Of a stretch of DNA of 64,000 nt, positions 41,132 to 55,172 are shown one piece after another. Every line of letters starts with the position of its first letter. The stretch's first letter is position 1. This DNA is from Potamilus streckersoni (lineage: Eukaryota), in the NCBI GenBank assembly GCA_016746295.1, contig JAEAOA010000900.1, positions 2,490,807 through 2,554,806 on the forward strand, in the 5' to 3' direction. A program made the translations under genes and the position numbers. A model generated the notes under the pieces. The model did no database searches and was not told the DNA's origin. It was given only the letters and a program-made list of their open reading frames with translations.

Positions 41132-42790
41132 TTCGACATGAATTGAAAATAAAATATAAAAGCTGCGTTAAATATTCATTATAAATCATCGTGAACAATA
41201 AAAGAACAATTAAAAGACATCAAATCAAAATACTTAAGTATTTCTGCCCAGATCATTTGTGGTTGGTCTCTGTTTTATCTTCCTTCCACAACAGATCAGC
41301 AGAGTTTTAGTCAAAAACTTATGGTCATCAAGGTTTATCTTCGATATTTTTATTACTTATAACACCTCAAACAACATTCTGCATTTGGCCTTAAACTCTC
41401 CAAATTAGAACAATAAGGTTATCAATTAGCCGCTTCTGTGTCCACATGCTAACAATTTTAATCCCACTACTGAATCACGCATGGTTACACCAGTCATATC
41501 GTAGGTCTATTATATCCGACTCCCAGTAGACTGGTTCTGGCTGCTTTATCTATTGTGTTGATAGAATGTGTAAAAAAACGAATTTTAAAAAAATTAAACA
41601 TTTCCGTGAAATTTTCAAAACCGGTAGATTTAGACTATTAAATGGTATGTGTGGTTGACGTCTTGAAAATGGTATTTTTTCCCTACCGTCAATAGAGTTA
41701 CAGGTATGATAAAAAGTAAAATTTGATGTGCAACCTCCTTTTGTGAAATAAAAATAGCAGAAGTAAATGGAAAGTGAATTCTGATGATTCATTACTGTAA
41801 AAAAGTAATATACCACAAATCTGTAGACAAAAACATCATGGATAGGGATAACTAAATACCTACTTTAGATAGAAAAGGCAAACAAATTTTTAACAACAAT
41901 GACAATAATGTTAAAATCAGTTGGGGAGTAACCTAAATGCAAGGAAACCCACAAAATCAATATATCGATAAAGAACTAATTTCAAACAGGAACAATAGCT
42001 GATCTGAGGGTAATTCTGTAGAAACAACGCACCTAATGAAATGTTCTATTCACAATACATGACTTGAAGTGAAGGATATTTTATCACTTAAGTTTTTTAT
42101 GCAGCTGAAATAATGACTGTCAAAAAAAGAAGGGAGGTTTAGAGTGCATGGACCAGGGTCAAGGATAACAAACAGAACTTTCTATCAAGTCAACTTAAAA
42201 GAGGATGAATTCTCATCATACAGTTGATATTATTACACTTCCAGAGAAGTGTAAGCAAAGTTAGCACAACAGGTTACACATTATTGATATTAAATAAAGC
42301 ATTCATGGATGTCATTGATCTAAGGTTTGGAGTGTTGTTGGATTCTTTGCATTGAAAAGTACCACTTTAGTAAACTGAAGCAGACTTGCTAGATACTTTT
42401 TATTTACTAAAGGTATTCATAGCATCCTTAATGTTTCCAGTTCGAGCATCAAGAATAATTCTACAAGCTCAATTTTGCAACCAAACAATTTTTCTTAATT
42501 ATTTTAATTTTTTAATTAATTCTGAATATGCTGGAAGGATAAAAATTGGCCAAAGACTATTTACATCATCTTGTGACAATGCCTTCTGAAATGGAGTTAC
42601 CTTTACAGTATTCCATACATAGGGACATTTCCTGGACTTTGGACTATGATAAGAATGTGATTGTCTCTACAATAGTAGTTGCAGGTGCTGCTGGTTTAAA
42701 ACCTTCAAACATGCCATGTAAATAATTTACCTCAAAAGTTTCTAAATTAAATTCTAAATCTTCTACTTAATGTTTTTTCTAATATTTTAC

Positions 42791-42850
42791 CTCAAAATGG
42801 TTATTAAAGGCCACCTGGACACTAAGTCTTGCATGGTCTGATGTTTCTAC
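42791..42850 (-). CDS. MVP: MVP exon encoding VETSDHARLSVQVAFNNHFE
   Basis: Aligns to human [20 protein letters not shown]. Acceptor cttttcag|GTAG, donor GAG|gtaaaat. Length 60 nt, phase 0. Confidence 0.85.
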
Positions 42851-43029
42851 CTGAAAAGTAATAAAATGTCATTACAGAATAAACAGGCAATTCAAATAGT
42901 GATTAATAACTCTTTTGGAAGTGGCTGACAAGCTTGTGAGTTGGCCTGTCAAAACAATTATATTACATGCATATTTTTCATTACAAAGTCAATAATATAT
43001 TTATTATGTACTGCATATAATTGTCTATT

Positions 43030-43200
43030 AAGTTGGGTCCAACTGCAAACAGAGTGTGCTGGCAGATGCTTTGTTGGTTCTATGTTTTTTGTTTACTCCT
43101 AAGAGCATAGACCCAGATCTGCCTGTACAATATGCAATCACACATCTAGGTGTGTACAATTTGCAGTTAAAATCAACTTACAAATGAGTATATACATTTT
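43030..43200 (+). repeat. Copy of the same dispersed ~190-bp repeat family
   Basis: gggtccaactgcaaacagagtg...cagatctgcctgtacaatatgcaatc...caacttacaaatgagtatatac. Confidence 0.55.
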
Positions 43201-45289
43201 TTCTTAGTGACATTGAAAGCACAGCTGTCATTTTGTAAATAACATCCATCCTCTCTAATATCCAAATTTGACATTCTTCCGGTGACATCAGAATCATACT
43301 GAAAATTTCTTCTAAAATCTAAGAGACTCCCTTTTTTTTAAGCCCACATTATATTCTCCTCCTACCAATGCAGTCCTCATAGAAATTTGAATTTTTTGTA
43401 AATAATTTTTCTACTACTAGCATATTTTCTTTAAACAAAACTAGTCACAATATGATCTTATCTATACTAAATTGTTACAATAATATGCATGACTAATTTT
43501 AATGGACAGAAAGAATTGGCAGGAATCCACAATACATCAATTATTTCTGTCCATTTATTCTTTTAAGTGCTGAGTATTGAAACCATCATTGATATACTGT
43601 CAAGCCTATAATAACAGTCATAAAGTGGTTCCATTGTGACAATTGCTATTCCTATTTCTCCCCAAGCTATTTTCCACTATAAAAGCAATGTATATAATGG
43701 GCACCTGCTGTCTGTGGTCAGCAACCAGATGTTTACTAACCAAATAATAGTTTCTCCATGCTTTAAGTAGTCAATTAACCATATCAACAGTGACTTATCA
43801 GTACAAATGAACTGAACTTTTATCTAATGAGGAAGACAATTGTTTAGATAAAGGAATATCATTTGAACTGAATTGCCAACATTTCTTATCTCAGTGTACC
43901 CCATTACTGTCAGTTTAAATCAAAGATGCTAATAGGTCATATTTAAAGTGACACAGTTTTTATCATTATGGACTGGCTATTTGATGTGTGTGGTAGTAGA
44001 ATTTAAGTGGGCTGGGAGTTTTCAAAAATCTTTTGGCCATAAAATAACTTGGAAAAAAAAACTTTTTTGGAAATTGCAGAAAAAGAAGCAACCCTCTTAC
44101 AAGTTGTGAAAAAGTTTTATCTCAAGATAAAATAAAGAAACAAAAAAAACCCATCCTGGTTGTGAGTCAAATTGTGTACATATGTGACAGGTATAAGGAT
44201 ATGTTCATTTATTTTATTTCATTTAAATTCAGGCTATCTCTCACAAAACAAAAGAGTTTATCCTTGAGAAGAGTTACATCCATTTTCATTAGGGTCAGAG
44301 ATCATACAATATTTAGAAAGCATGCCTGTAAAAGTAATCAAAGTTTCAGTTCATGTGCTTCCAACAATAGCCATGATGATTTCTTTCCATTTTCTATTCA
44401 TCACAAACCTCTCACAACAGCTGACTGTCGTTTGCTATCGTGGAGCTGAGCAACTGATTAATGTGGGTATTGTCTTAAGTGTGAACAGTTATTCTCAATT
44501 CTAACTAACAAAGTTGGCAGAACAAAGAGTCATACTGTTTCATAGTCACATGCAAGCTCTCGTTAGAGAAATTAGTATTTTTGTCATTCATAATATAATT
44601 CATAGGATGGTTTAAAGTAAGCAGGACACAATCATCTTACATGGAGCATAACTTTGGAAGAAAACCATATTATAGATTTATTTTATGATTTTGCTGAATA
44701 GTGCTTTTTAAAAACATATTGTACAATCATGGAAAGCAAGTTATCAACTCATGTAAGCCTACAGAAAACAACTAGAAATTGAAATTTGAATACTGATAAC
44801 AGAAACGAAAATCAGTTTTCTTTGAAGCATTTACAAAACTGATTACAAACAGAAAATGGTGGATGTAACATTGTCATATAACACCAGGATACACACACAT
44901 GTGCACATACATAATGACAACTACAAAGACATTAAATTAAGACTACACAATGCTTCTGTCTGTAAAATGCAGATAACAGTGGAATAAAGTCTTAACCAGT
45001 CTGTAGTTGTTTTTGACCTCAATAGTTCAGTTAGGGGAGGGGTTGGAAGGCAATGCAAGTGTCATCAGAGACTGGATGGAACTTTAGTTTAAATTTTTCT
45101 TAAGCTCTTGTTAAAATTTTTTCAGCACTGAAAATTATTTGTCTACATTTGTACTGCTACAAGAGAGTGTCAAACATGTAATGGTTACACTTCTTAGAAA
45201 GTTAACACAAGTTTAGTTGCTTTTGTGATCAAGCTCTGTGTTCCTCAACTGCCATTGCTGTGATGTGATGTGATTCTGATTTTTTTTAC

Positions 45290-45575
45290 ATAGCTTTAAC
45301 ATTTTTTCAGTCATATCGCTATGATATCTGCAGTGTGGTAGTTTATAGTGATGTCTAGCACTGGGGCATCATGTTGCAAACATGTAGCATAATGTCCCAC
45401 CCAGTCACATTATCCTGACACCAGGCCAACCAGTCCCAACACTAAAATCATAATGCTGAGCGTCAAGCGAGGCAGATGTTAGTACCATTTTTGTAAGTCT
45501 TTGGTATTACTTGACTGGGGATTGAACCCATGACCTCCCACATCTGAGGCGGACGCTATAACAACTAGGCCACTT
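45290..45575 (-). mobile_element. tRNA-like head (probable SINE or tRNA pseudogene) on the minus strand
   Basis: The reverse complement of 45487-45575 reads GTGGCCTAGTTGTTATAGCGTCCGCCTCAGATGTGGGAGGTCATGGGTTCAATCCCCAGTCA, with a D-arm-like TAGTTGTTATAGCG and a T-arm GGTTCAATCCCC (B box). The acceptor stem does not pair, so it is not called as a functional tRNA. Confidence 0.35.
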
Positions 45576-46409
45576 GAGCAATTACTCTCATTGCTGTGAG
45601 TTATTACTCTGTCAATGGCTGTCATATGTAGTACATGCCAGAATGATTAAAGGACAGGGACCATTTAATTTTGGACAAAGGGATACTGGGGCTTGGGAAT
45701 TTTGGAAAAAAAGAACTCTGACCTCCAAATATTTTGAAAAATTTTTCTTGCTCTGATTTGTAGAAAAAAGAAGTAGTAATTATATCCATTATACTAAATT
45801 AAATTATTATGACATAGAATAAAAAATAATATTAAAAAAAATAAATGGTAGGTCCCAGCTACATTTTGACATTCAGCTTAATAAACTATTAATCAGACTC
45901 AACACTATTTCAAATTCCCCCAAGATATAATGAGTAAAAACTGACTTCCAAAAAATGTTTCCATTGATCATAAACTAGAGCCAATGTTCTACAGTAAAGT
46001 TGGATTGAACAAATAAGAGCTAAACATTTTGTTTCTTCAACACACATCTTCTCTTTGATTTACCAAACTTCAGACAAATTGGTTTATTCTGCTTCCTGTA
46101 CTCTACCTATGCAAATTAGCAAATGATCTTAATGGGCTCTCCCATTAAGCATTTTTAAAACAATTAAATTAAAACAAGTCAGTTAAGTCATCTGTGCAAT
46201 AGTGGTTGTTTATCTCCAATAAACTTTCCATGTTTACCATTCATATGTTATGGATATATATCACAGTATCAAGAAAGATTTCACTCTCTTAAATATTTCT
46301 TGTTTTGGATAATATGATTACTGAAAATACTACTTTTGGGAGTAAAAAATTGTATTTTTCAAGTGCCATGTTATATTCTGGCTGGTATGTAGTGCACTAA
46401 AGGTAATAA

Positions 46410-46460
46410 TAATAATAATAAGAATAATAACAACAAAAAAAAATAATAATAGTACCTGAT
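46410..46460. repeat. (AAT)n-rich microsatellite
   Basis: aataataataataataagaataataacaacaaaaaaaaataataatag, read directly. Confidence 0.9.
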
Positions 46461-47149
46461 ACATGGTCTTTATTCAAAAATCAAGCTGGAAAGGTGAACC
46501 TAATACTGAGATCACACAAATACAAAGGCCAGTTTCATATTTCCCCAATGTATGATTGTAATTTGGTTTCACTTTTTCTGGGTATCTATTTTCATGGTTT
46601 GGTAAAAAAAACAACCCCAACATTTTCATGAATATGTACTTTATTGGAATTGTCAGTGCTAAAGTTAGCATATTTATAGATAATTAATTTTGTCAATTAA
46701 CACGGCTAATACCCAAAACAAAGACTACAAATGAACAAAAATAATCTAATGGCAAATAATGGTTGCCTTACTGGTTAAAACAACAATACTGCTAATATAA
46801 GCACAAATCAAACACTTTGTAAGATGATTCCCTCACACCATATTTATTCATCCTATTGCTTGACATCACATTAAGCTGATGCAGCCAACACCGAGCCAAG
46901 CGATTTCTATTTAAAACATCCATATGATCTTTACTTATACCCCTGACAATAAAATTGCATCATGAGTGCACCATGTTATGGGAATATTGTCATCACATGA
47001 ACAAAATAAATGACCATATGGTCATTATAATGCATTCAGCAGGCTATGGCATCTTTTTTATTAAGTGGAGAAAAGCAGCTCATTCTAAAATGTCCAAGAG
47101 ATTAGTCTTAATAATCCATGGTTTTCATAAAGAAGAGCTTTTATAATTT

Positions 47150-49420
47150 TGCAAATTTCAGGATTGTTGTTCAACATTGAAGTTCAAAGATGATCATGAC
47201 ATCACAAACTGGCTTGAATTCTCTGAGCACATAGCTGATCATGTCAATTGTGCTTGGTATTCATTGTGACAAATTGGACTGCAAATAACACTTGGGGTTG
47301 CTTAATTAACAGGGGACATGCTGCTTCTCTGAGATTTACTCTGCTCATGTTTCTATACTGCATGTGCCATTTTTCTCAGCTGAAAGAGTGTAGCTCTAGT
47401 ATGGATGAGATTATGTCTGCATTTCACACATTTGTGTGTAGTCTGCTGAAGGCCACACTTAATTTGTTAATTCTGGCTTTTGTTTTATCACTGATGTGGA
47501 CTAAACATGACAGTATACTATTAAGTGAAACTGGTCAACTTCCTAGAGGGTCTGGCCATTAACTGTGATGGTAGGCTCAATGTAAGACTTTCCAGGTGCA
47601 GGATAGTGCATTACCTCCATCTTCTTGATACTAACTGTAAAACTCAAACTATCAGAAGTTGAAAAGAAATGGTAAATACTGTTATATGTCAGATAAGGAT
47701 TTGGCATTTTGAGAACTTTTGTCAGCAAATAGATGATCACAAACATTCCCATGTAGCTTTGTCTTCACCTGTGGAGTCCTCAGATTGATGAGCTTGCCAT
47801 CAGTCCATTATCTACTGATCCTAGCATCATAGTCACCGAAAGCTTCTGTAAACATGGCAGAAGATATCATACTGAAGAAGGCTGGGGCTAACAGGCAGCC
47901 TTGCTTGATTCCATTGCCGACTATAAATGGTTCAGATGAGCACTTGATTGATGTGATTCAAAAGGTGATTCAGCAGGATTTTGCTGAGGATTTTGCCAGC
48001 TTTTGCTAGCTGGGAGATGGTTGTTGCAAGATTGTTGCCTTTACGCTTGTACAAGTGGATGATGGATGCATTTTTTTATGCCTGGGGTGTAGTTTCTTGA
48101 TTCCACATTTACTAGAAGTTCTGAGTTATGTGCAAGACTCAGGATTTGTACACTTTTGATGGTTTTACTGTTTGACAGCAGTCCAACTGCTCTTTCAGTT
48201 TCACTTAAGGATCAAGGATGAGCAAGTGATATTTTGATTTCAACTTGTGGCAGTCAAACAATTGCTTCCTCATTTACTGATGATGATGCTGAAGCATTCA
48301 GCCTATCTTTATCCATGACATCTGTGGTGGTATCAACACTCAGTATTGGAAATGTTCCTGATAAAAATGTATCCTGCTGATTGCCTTCAAAAGAATCATA
48401 TAAGTTTTGTCAATTATACCGGTCTACATAGGACTGAATCTCATCAGCTTTGCTGCTCAGTCGCCAGTCAAGCAACTTTGTTTACATTGCTGTTGAATGC
48501 TGCCTTAGAGAGTAAGTGATGTTTTCTAAATGTCTTTTGGAGCTGATGTTTCTCAGTCAGTAGTTTCCATATGTCAGCATCATTCTCATCAAGCCAATCT
48601 TGATCATTACATGTGCTATGAATTGGGTTTCTGGATGCAATTGAGTACACAGAGCCTCATAGGAATGATCCGTTTTCCTCACAATTCTTGAGACTGCTTG
48701 AATTGTTGCTAGTTAGATGCACAGCTCTTCAACAAATGCCTGTTTCACACTCCTATTTCAATTTGAAGACCCTGAGATTGTTTAGTGCTCTTGTGCCTTG
48801 TGATCATCTAATAGGCTGAATCAGGATATTGAGTTTGGAGAATATAAGCTTGTGCTCAGTCCAGCATTTTGCACTTTTCATGGCCTTCATCACTCAGACA
48901 TGCTGAGATTTGATGGCAAACCCTACACCAATTTCATGTTGCTCTTCCTGGCTCCTATTTTAGTGACATGATCTTCTTCAGCTAGACTGGTTTCACTCAG
49001 GGCTGCTATTTTGTTATTGGTCCAACTATTGATGTACTGTCCAATGGGGGCACACATTCGAAGCATTGATAGTGAGTGGCATTACCATTGTCTTCTTGTG
49101 TGATTTTTGTTGACTTAGAATCACCATCATCTTTTGTATGCTGACCAGTGTTAAGGATAAGCGGGATATGTTTTGGGTACCTTTTCAAGCTCATTCCTTT
49201 TGATATGGAAGTAAGCAGTGTGGTCCTAAACTTGACTGCAAGTTCCCAATGGGGCATTCAGGTTCCACTGCTATTTCATTCCAGTGAAAAGCAATCTGAT
49301 AGTGAGATGTCTGTCTGCAGCTATAGCTCCTAGAATATGTACACTTGCTGCTTTGCACTTGTGGGCAGTGGGATGGGAGGAGAGATGATGTCACAACTTA
49401 AGAAGTACTAACAAGATTTT
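47150..49420 (-). mobile_element. Decayed LINE (non-LTR retrotransposon) RT-containing copy 1 in an MVP intron
   Basis: 47250-48900 aligns by eye to 62640-64000 (copy 2). ORF fragments include ...W.DENDADIWKLLTEKHQLQK... (RT N-terminal region). Frames are broken. Confidence 0.65.
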
Positions 49421-49439
49421 ATATACATCTGCCAAGGTG

Positions 49440-50330
49440 GTTATACTGCAGGTTAGATCGGCACCATATTCATTTATTACCCACTAGAGATCATAAAAAC
49501 GTCTTCTGATGAAAATCCAATGCTGATGAGATTTTCCACTCAGGAGGGGTAACAATAGTATTTTCAAGATGGCAGTTGTGGTAGCAGCCTGGGACATCAG
49601 ACCTGCACACAATTTTATCAAGATAACTAGATCTCAAAAGAATTCTTCTAGTATAAACCCCATGACTTTCCATTTAGGAAGAGTAGCAATAGCAGATTTT
49701 CAACATGGTTGTTGTGGTGGCCATGTTGGAAGTCAAATCAGTACCATTTTCATATAGGACCAACTAGACATAAAAAGCCTTTTAGTGAAAATCTCATGTT
49801 GATATGGCCATCCATTTAAGATAAGCAAAAACAAGATTTCCAAGATGATTGTTGTTGTGGCTAAACTGTATGTCTGAGTGGAAACCATTGTCATTTAGAA
49901 ACAACTAAGTTTTCTGATGAAAATGTTATGTCGATCTTAGTTTTGGGCCCAGAAGGAAAAGCAATAACAAGATTTTCAAGGTTGGTGACCATATTGTATG
50001 TCAGATTGGCACCATATTCAATTAGAATCTACCAGGCAACTTGCTAAATCTTGTAGTCAAACCCCAATGTTAGGAGTAGTAGTGATAAGATTTGTAAGAT
50101 GGCCATAGTGGCAGCCATACTGGATGGCAAAGTGGAACAATGTTCATTTAGGACCAACTTGAAAGCACAAGTCTTCTGGTGAAAACCCCATGTCACTAAG
50201 ACCATCCATTCTGGAGGAATAACAATATTTTTAAGATGGCTGCTGTGGTGGCCTTAGTGAATGTAAGACAAATACCATTTTCCGTTAGGACTACTAGACC
50301 TTGGGATGAATGTGTGTATATGGAAATTAT
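49440..50330. repeat. Satellite array of ~137 bp, about 6.5 units, same family as 24400-24900
   Basis: Monomers start near 49566, 49702, 49841, 49977, 50095 and 50232, each with (c/t)aagatgg(c/t)(t/a)g(c/t)tgtggt(g/a)gcc...attt(a/t)ggac(c/t)aac...gaaaa(t/c)cccatg. Confidence 0.8.
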
Positions 50331-51004
50331 CCAAGTGGTTAGGAGCAGTAGGGATAACAAACCATGCAAACAGACTGATAACAGTCAAATGACTGATGAC
50401 GAGACTGCAGACAAGAGGCTATCTCATTAGCTCTTCTTTTTTGCAGTGATCAGTAGAGCTAAAAATGGACTGGACTTGGCTTAAAGTATATAAATAGACA
50501 GATGTGTGTAACACAACTTTGAAAATCCGTAACAGTTTCTACTGCTAATTTCCTTAACATGATGGTATAGATAATATTTTATTAGTTTATTATAATAGGT
50601 TCATCAGCAAATGAATAAATACACTGGCATATGAAGGACATTACAAGAGGAAAATATGCTATCTTAACAACCTCTGTCCTTGATAATAATTCATAGACAT
50701 ATCAAATCCAATTCCTTATTCACATCTTATTTATGCTTTAAACATGCAACAAAACAGGTGAAATGTAAAATTCTGTAAATCTTAATACCTTAGCATCATT
50801 CAATTTTGCTTATAATTGAGAATTTCTGTAAATGAATAATTACTACCATGAATCATGTGAATCCAGAGAAATATTTTCACAAAAAGTTATTTTGGCTGAA
50901 TTTAAAAAAATTGTATACTTAATAATAATCATAATTTATAGCAAGTTACAATCAGTTTCCATGATGATTCCATAGATACATGTTTAAAGATAAATTTAAT
51001 GTAC

Positions 51005-51084
51005 CTCCAAGATATCTGTGATGAAATCTGGACCCAACATAAGGCAAAGGGACTTCATAGCATCTTCTTTCTTGGGTTTTCCAG
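51005..51084 (-). CDS. MVP: MVP exon encoding AGKPKKEDAMKSLCLMLGPDFITDILE
   Basis: Aligns to human [29 protein letters not shown]. Acceptor gtttcag|CTGG, donor GAG|gtacat, and the phase-1 carry-in from the previous exon is correct. Confidence 0.85.
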
Positions 51085-51129
51085 CTGAAACAACAATGCC
51101 AGGTTTTTTTGATTAACATCTATATCCAA

Positions 51130-51325
51130 TTTTCAAGTCAAGTCCAACTGCAAACTGTACAGATCCAAATCTCCTGATGCATTATGAACCAGCAGATCAG
51201 GGTCTATGCAGTTTGTAAGGAGTAATCAGTGGAACAAACATTATATATCCAGCTGGTTGTGTGATGGCAGATCAGGACCTACATTGTTTGCATATAAATC
51301 AACTTACAAGCAAGTATACCCTTGA
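51130..51325 (+). repeat. Copy of the same dispersed ~190-bp repeat family
   Basis: tcaagtccaactgcaaactgtacagatccaaatctcctgatgcattatgaaccagcagatcagg...caacttacaagcaagtataccc. Confidence 0.6.
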
Positions 51326-52085
51326 GAAAATACATATAACTGTAGAAAGTATAGACCTAATGCACAATATGCAAGCAGATCTGGGTACACACTTTTTGTG
51401 TTATCAAAAGTTAAAAAAAGAGAACATTTGATTGCCAAGTCCACCTGTTACTTGGTTAATCTTGAGTGGACTTCATTGTTGATTTTTACCATACTTTTGA
51501 CAAATTACTGGCTATATTATTGCCAAGGAAACAGTAGCTATGTGCCTTAACAGAGTATACACCAAGGCAGCTGAACCAGGCAGGTTTGGGTGAGTATCCA
51601 ACATGTAACCTTTGGATTACGAGTCTGATGCTTGACCAACTGAGCTACTGTGGCTCCCAATCTAGGATGTGAATGGATGGACATGCAAGCAGATTCTAAA
51701 ATGATTGCTCTAACAAGCATTCACCAAGGTTAGCATGACAAAACAACTGGGTCGGCCAATAAATTATACAAAGAATGTTGATTTGATTGTTATTGTTGCT
51801 ATTTATCTGCTAATTATTGTTGATTTAGAAACAACAGGTATGACTGACAAACATGTAAACTCTTGTCCCAAAACAAACTATTTTATTATTCCTATCAATA
51901 AATGGAAGTTCAGATTTTTAATATAAACTGCTGTTTTCAAACCTTTAATTGGATAAAACTGTACATAAAATTTTATGTTTTAATATTATGCAGAAGATAC
52001 AAAGAAATGCCACATAAAATATTTTTCTCTTTCGACTGCTACAAGCAGAAGTGGCCTGGTGACTACCATATGTATTTGCTTATAA

Positions 52086-52280
52086 GTCAAGTCCAACTAC
52101 AAACAGCACATACCCTGATCATACCATTGCATAATGTGCCAGCAGATACAGTCTGTATTGTCTGTTCTTTTCATTAATCCTAACAAACTGCACAGATCCA
52201 GATCTGCTGGAACATTATACAATGGTAGATATAGATCTGTCCAACTTGGAGCTGGAATTGACTTGTGAGTATATATGACA
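52086..52280 (+). repeat. Copy of the same dispersed ~190-bp repeat family
   Basis: tcaagtccaactacaaacagcacataccctgatc...gcacagatccagatctgctggaacattatacaatgg...gacttgtgagtatatatg. Confidence 0.6.
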
Positions 52281-52469
52281 TATGTTACATGAACTGTATG
52301 ATAGAAAGAAGCAATCACTTTTAAGATTTAAATTAGGAAGATCTCATCTGCTTGTGTAACATCAGTGACAAATTTTCATGTCTTAAACCAATGGGTCATC
52401 CATCCTTCCTTTTGCACATGCATTCCCTGTCATTCCATCCTCACTATAACCAAACTATATTATCAGAAA

Positions 52470-53335
52470 CTAGTTATGTGTTAATATGCCAAAGATGTCC
52501 TACCAAAATATGTAAATGAATCCCTACCAAAATGCTATAACTGAACCCCAACCAAACTGATGCACTTAACACCAATCAAAATGATTAAATTGATAACAAA
52601 ATGATGCAACCAAACATCTTCTACTAATATGATACAACTGAACTCCTACTAAAATGATGCAATTAAACATCTACCAAAATGATACAACTGAATCTCTACT
52701 AAAATGATGTACTGAAAACCAACCAAAATGATGCAACTGAACTCCAACCAAAATGATGCAACTGAACTCAATCAAAATGATGCAACTGAACCCCTACCAA
52801 AATGATGTAATTGAACACCTACCAAAATGATACAACCGAACCCCTACCAAAATGATGTAACTGAACCCCTACCAAAATGATGCAACCAAACCTCAACCAA
52901 AATGATGTAACTGAATCCCTAACAAAATGATGTAACTAAATCCCTACCAAAAAGATGTAACTAAATCCCAACCAAAATGATGCAACTAAATCCCTACCAA
53001 AATGATGTAACTAAATCCCTACCAAAATGATGTAAATGAATCCCTACCAAAATGATGTAACTGAATCCCTACCAAAATAATATAACTAAATCCCTACCAA
53101 AATGATGTTAATGAATCCCTACCAAAATGATGTAACTGAATCCCTACTACCAAAATAATATAACTAAACCCCTACCAAAATGATGTAACTAAATCCCTAC
53201 CAAAATGATGTAAATGAATCCCTACCAAAATGATGTAACTGAATCCCTACCAAAATAATATAACTAAATCCCTACCAAAATGATGTAACTGAATCCCTAC
53301 CAAAATGATGTAACTGAACCCCTACTAAAGTGATA
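52470..53335. repeat. 25-bp minisatellite, about 34 units
   Basis: The unit ccctaccaaaatgatgtaactgaat, with variants, repeats head-to-tail. It lies in the MVP intron between the 53728 and 51084 exons. Confidence 0.95.
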
Positions 53336-53727
53336 TATCAAAACACAAGATTTAAAGTCAAAACTGGATAAAAAATTCCATTAGTCTGTCAGAAAATGGT
53401 GAAAATCTAACATGAGATAGGTGTACTAGGTGTAAAGACTTAAACCAAATTAAATTTAAAGTCATGCTGTCCTTTTAAAGTTACTGAACTGAAATTAAAT
53501 TCAGGACAGAAGTGATATAAATTAGACAGAAACTGACATGGATAAAAACCCTCCATAGATATGGTGGGTTCATAAAAAGAAAGATCCTGTTTGTGTGATG
53601 TTACAGGTGTGAAAAAGAATAAAGGTTGTGGATACAAGATCTTGCACTAGAACTGGTGGGTCAAATATTTGTTGTTTTTTTTAAAAAGGGACATCATCGT
53701 GAATTGTTACTTGTGAATTCCACTTAC

Positions 53728-53881
53728 CACTGAGGCTGAGTATCGTAAAGTCTTCATGAGGATCGAGAATGACAAGATCAGGACCAAACACGACTCTTGA
53801 TGTCTTTTCTAAAAAATTGTTCACCTGCACAGCTGTGTTGCCAGGGCAACGATAGGTAACCATTCTTGTTTTGTCTCGCCC
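53728..53881 (-). CDS. MVP: MVP exon encoding [51 protein letters not shown]
   Basis: Aligns to human [52 protein letters not shown]. Donor CTCAGTG|gtaagtg. Confidence 0.85.
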
Positions 53882-54289
53882 CTTTGAAAATAAAATTAGG
53901 TAAATATGCTGATTTTAAGTTGCTTAAAGTTCTGACATAAACTTCATTTTATTCCTTTTTGAAATGTGCAGGTGCATTAACACTAAAATGTTTAATAATT
54001 TAGCCTATTTACAAAATAAGATCTACATCTCAAGTATGCAGGTCCAATCTAAAAATGAGAATATATGAAAATAGCATTCACCCATGAATTCTTTTCTCTC
54101 TAACTCAAAAATAATGATTTTGCATGAGATGATAAGACAGTTCCATTGGAAAGAGAAGAGTTATTTAAAGTCAAAAAGTGCAAAAGTGCAACAGTATAAT
54201 GTTGCAGAATCCATGAGTGTAAATTTATACTCACTGAGCACCTGCTGAAATAACTTTATTATAATTAAATTACTGCATATACGATGAGT

Positions 54290-54480
54290 CTAACTGCAAA
54301 TACATGGACCCTGATCTCCTAATATCATAATGGTTTGGCAGATCTGGCCTATTTTGCTTGTCATAGTGATTACTACTAACAAATTGTGTTGAGCCATTTC
54401 TGTTGGCATATTATGCAATGGCAGATTTAGATCTGCACAGTTGGACACAATTTACAAAGGAGTATAAATGGTAGGTCTTT
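54290..54480 (+). repeat. Copy of the same dispersed ~190-bp repeat family
   Basis: gagtctaactgcaaatacatggaccctgatctcc...atgcaatggcagatttagatctgcacagttgg...caatttacaaaggagtataaatgg. Confidence 0.55.
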
Positions 54481-55093
54481 GTTGACATACTTTCCACCTT
54501 GTATCTAAAAAGGCCATGAAAACTGAAGTCATTTGCCATATCCTAAAATATCTTCTGTAGAATGATATCCGTATCTCAGGAGTTTTGTTATGTGCCTTTC
54601 AAACATTTAAACATTAATATTCAAAATGAAGATTCAATATTAAAATGGAGATCTTAACATAAGGTCAATCTAAATTTTGATACAATTCAATAAAATTTGT
54701 TCTCACTGATTGGGCAGTTCACTTTGTCCACTAACTGACAGTTATTGACAGAAGAAGCTTGACAAAGTGACTGACAGGTGAAGCTTGATCACCTGTTAAT
54801 ATCAACTGACTTTAATAGGAGACTAACTAGTAGGGAAAACCCATGAGATAAACATATAGGTTATTTTCAAACCTGGTTTTTATATGGACTGGTTTGCTTA
54901 GTTCAACCTAGCAAATCAAATAAAGCTCATGTGTTACACAGAGTACTGTCTCTTTCTTGTTTCCACACTTGGTCTTGAGACCAAATATTAACATTACTGA
55001 AACTGTTGTCTCTGCTGTCAGAAAAAATATATATCTAGGTCTCACTATATACAAACACAGAAGAAACAATAAAAAGCTGATTCTGACTTTTAC

Positions 55094-55172
55094 CTTGAGT
55101 ATCTGTGGATCAATGGACTGTTCAAAGTAAGCCATCTTTCTAATATCTCCTGTTCCATGGCCCCCACCTTGC
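55094..55172 (-). CDS. MVP: MVP exon encoding QGGGHGTGDIRKMAYFEQSIDPQILK
   Basis: Phase-compatible between the flanking exons, with acceptor ttttttccag| and donor AAG|gtaaaag. It aligns only loosely to the poorly conserved human segment NKGQDPLADRGEKDTAKSLQPLAP. Confidence 0.55.

Noticed and set aside
45487-45575. tRNA-like sequence with a B-box GGTTCAATCC
   Set aside because: No acceptor stem pairs and the cloverleaf is incomplete. It is embedded in a longer SINE-like body, so it is not called as a functional tRNA gene.
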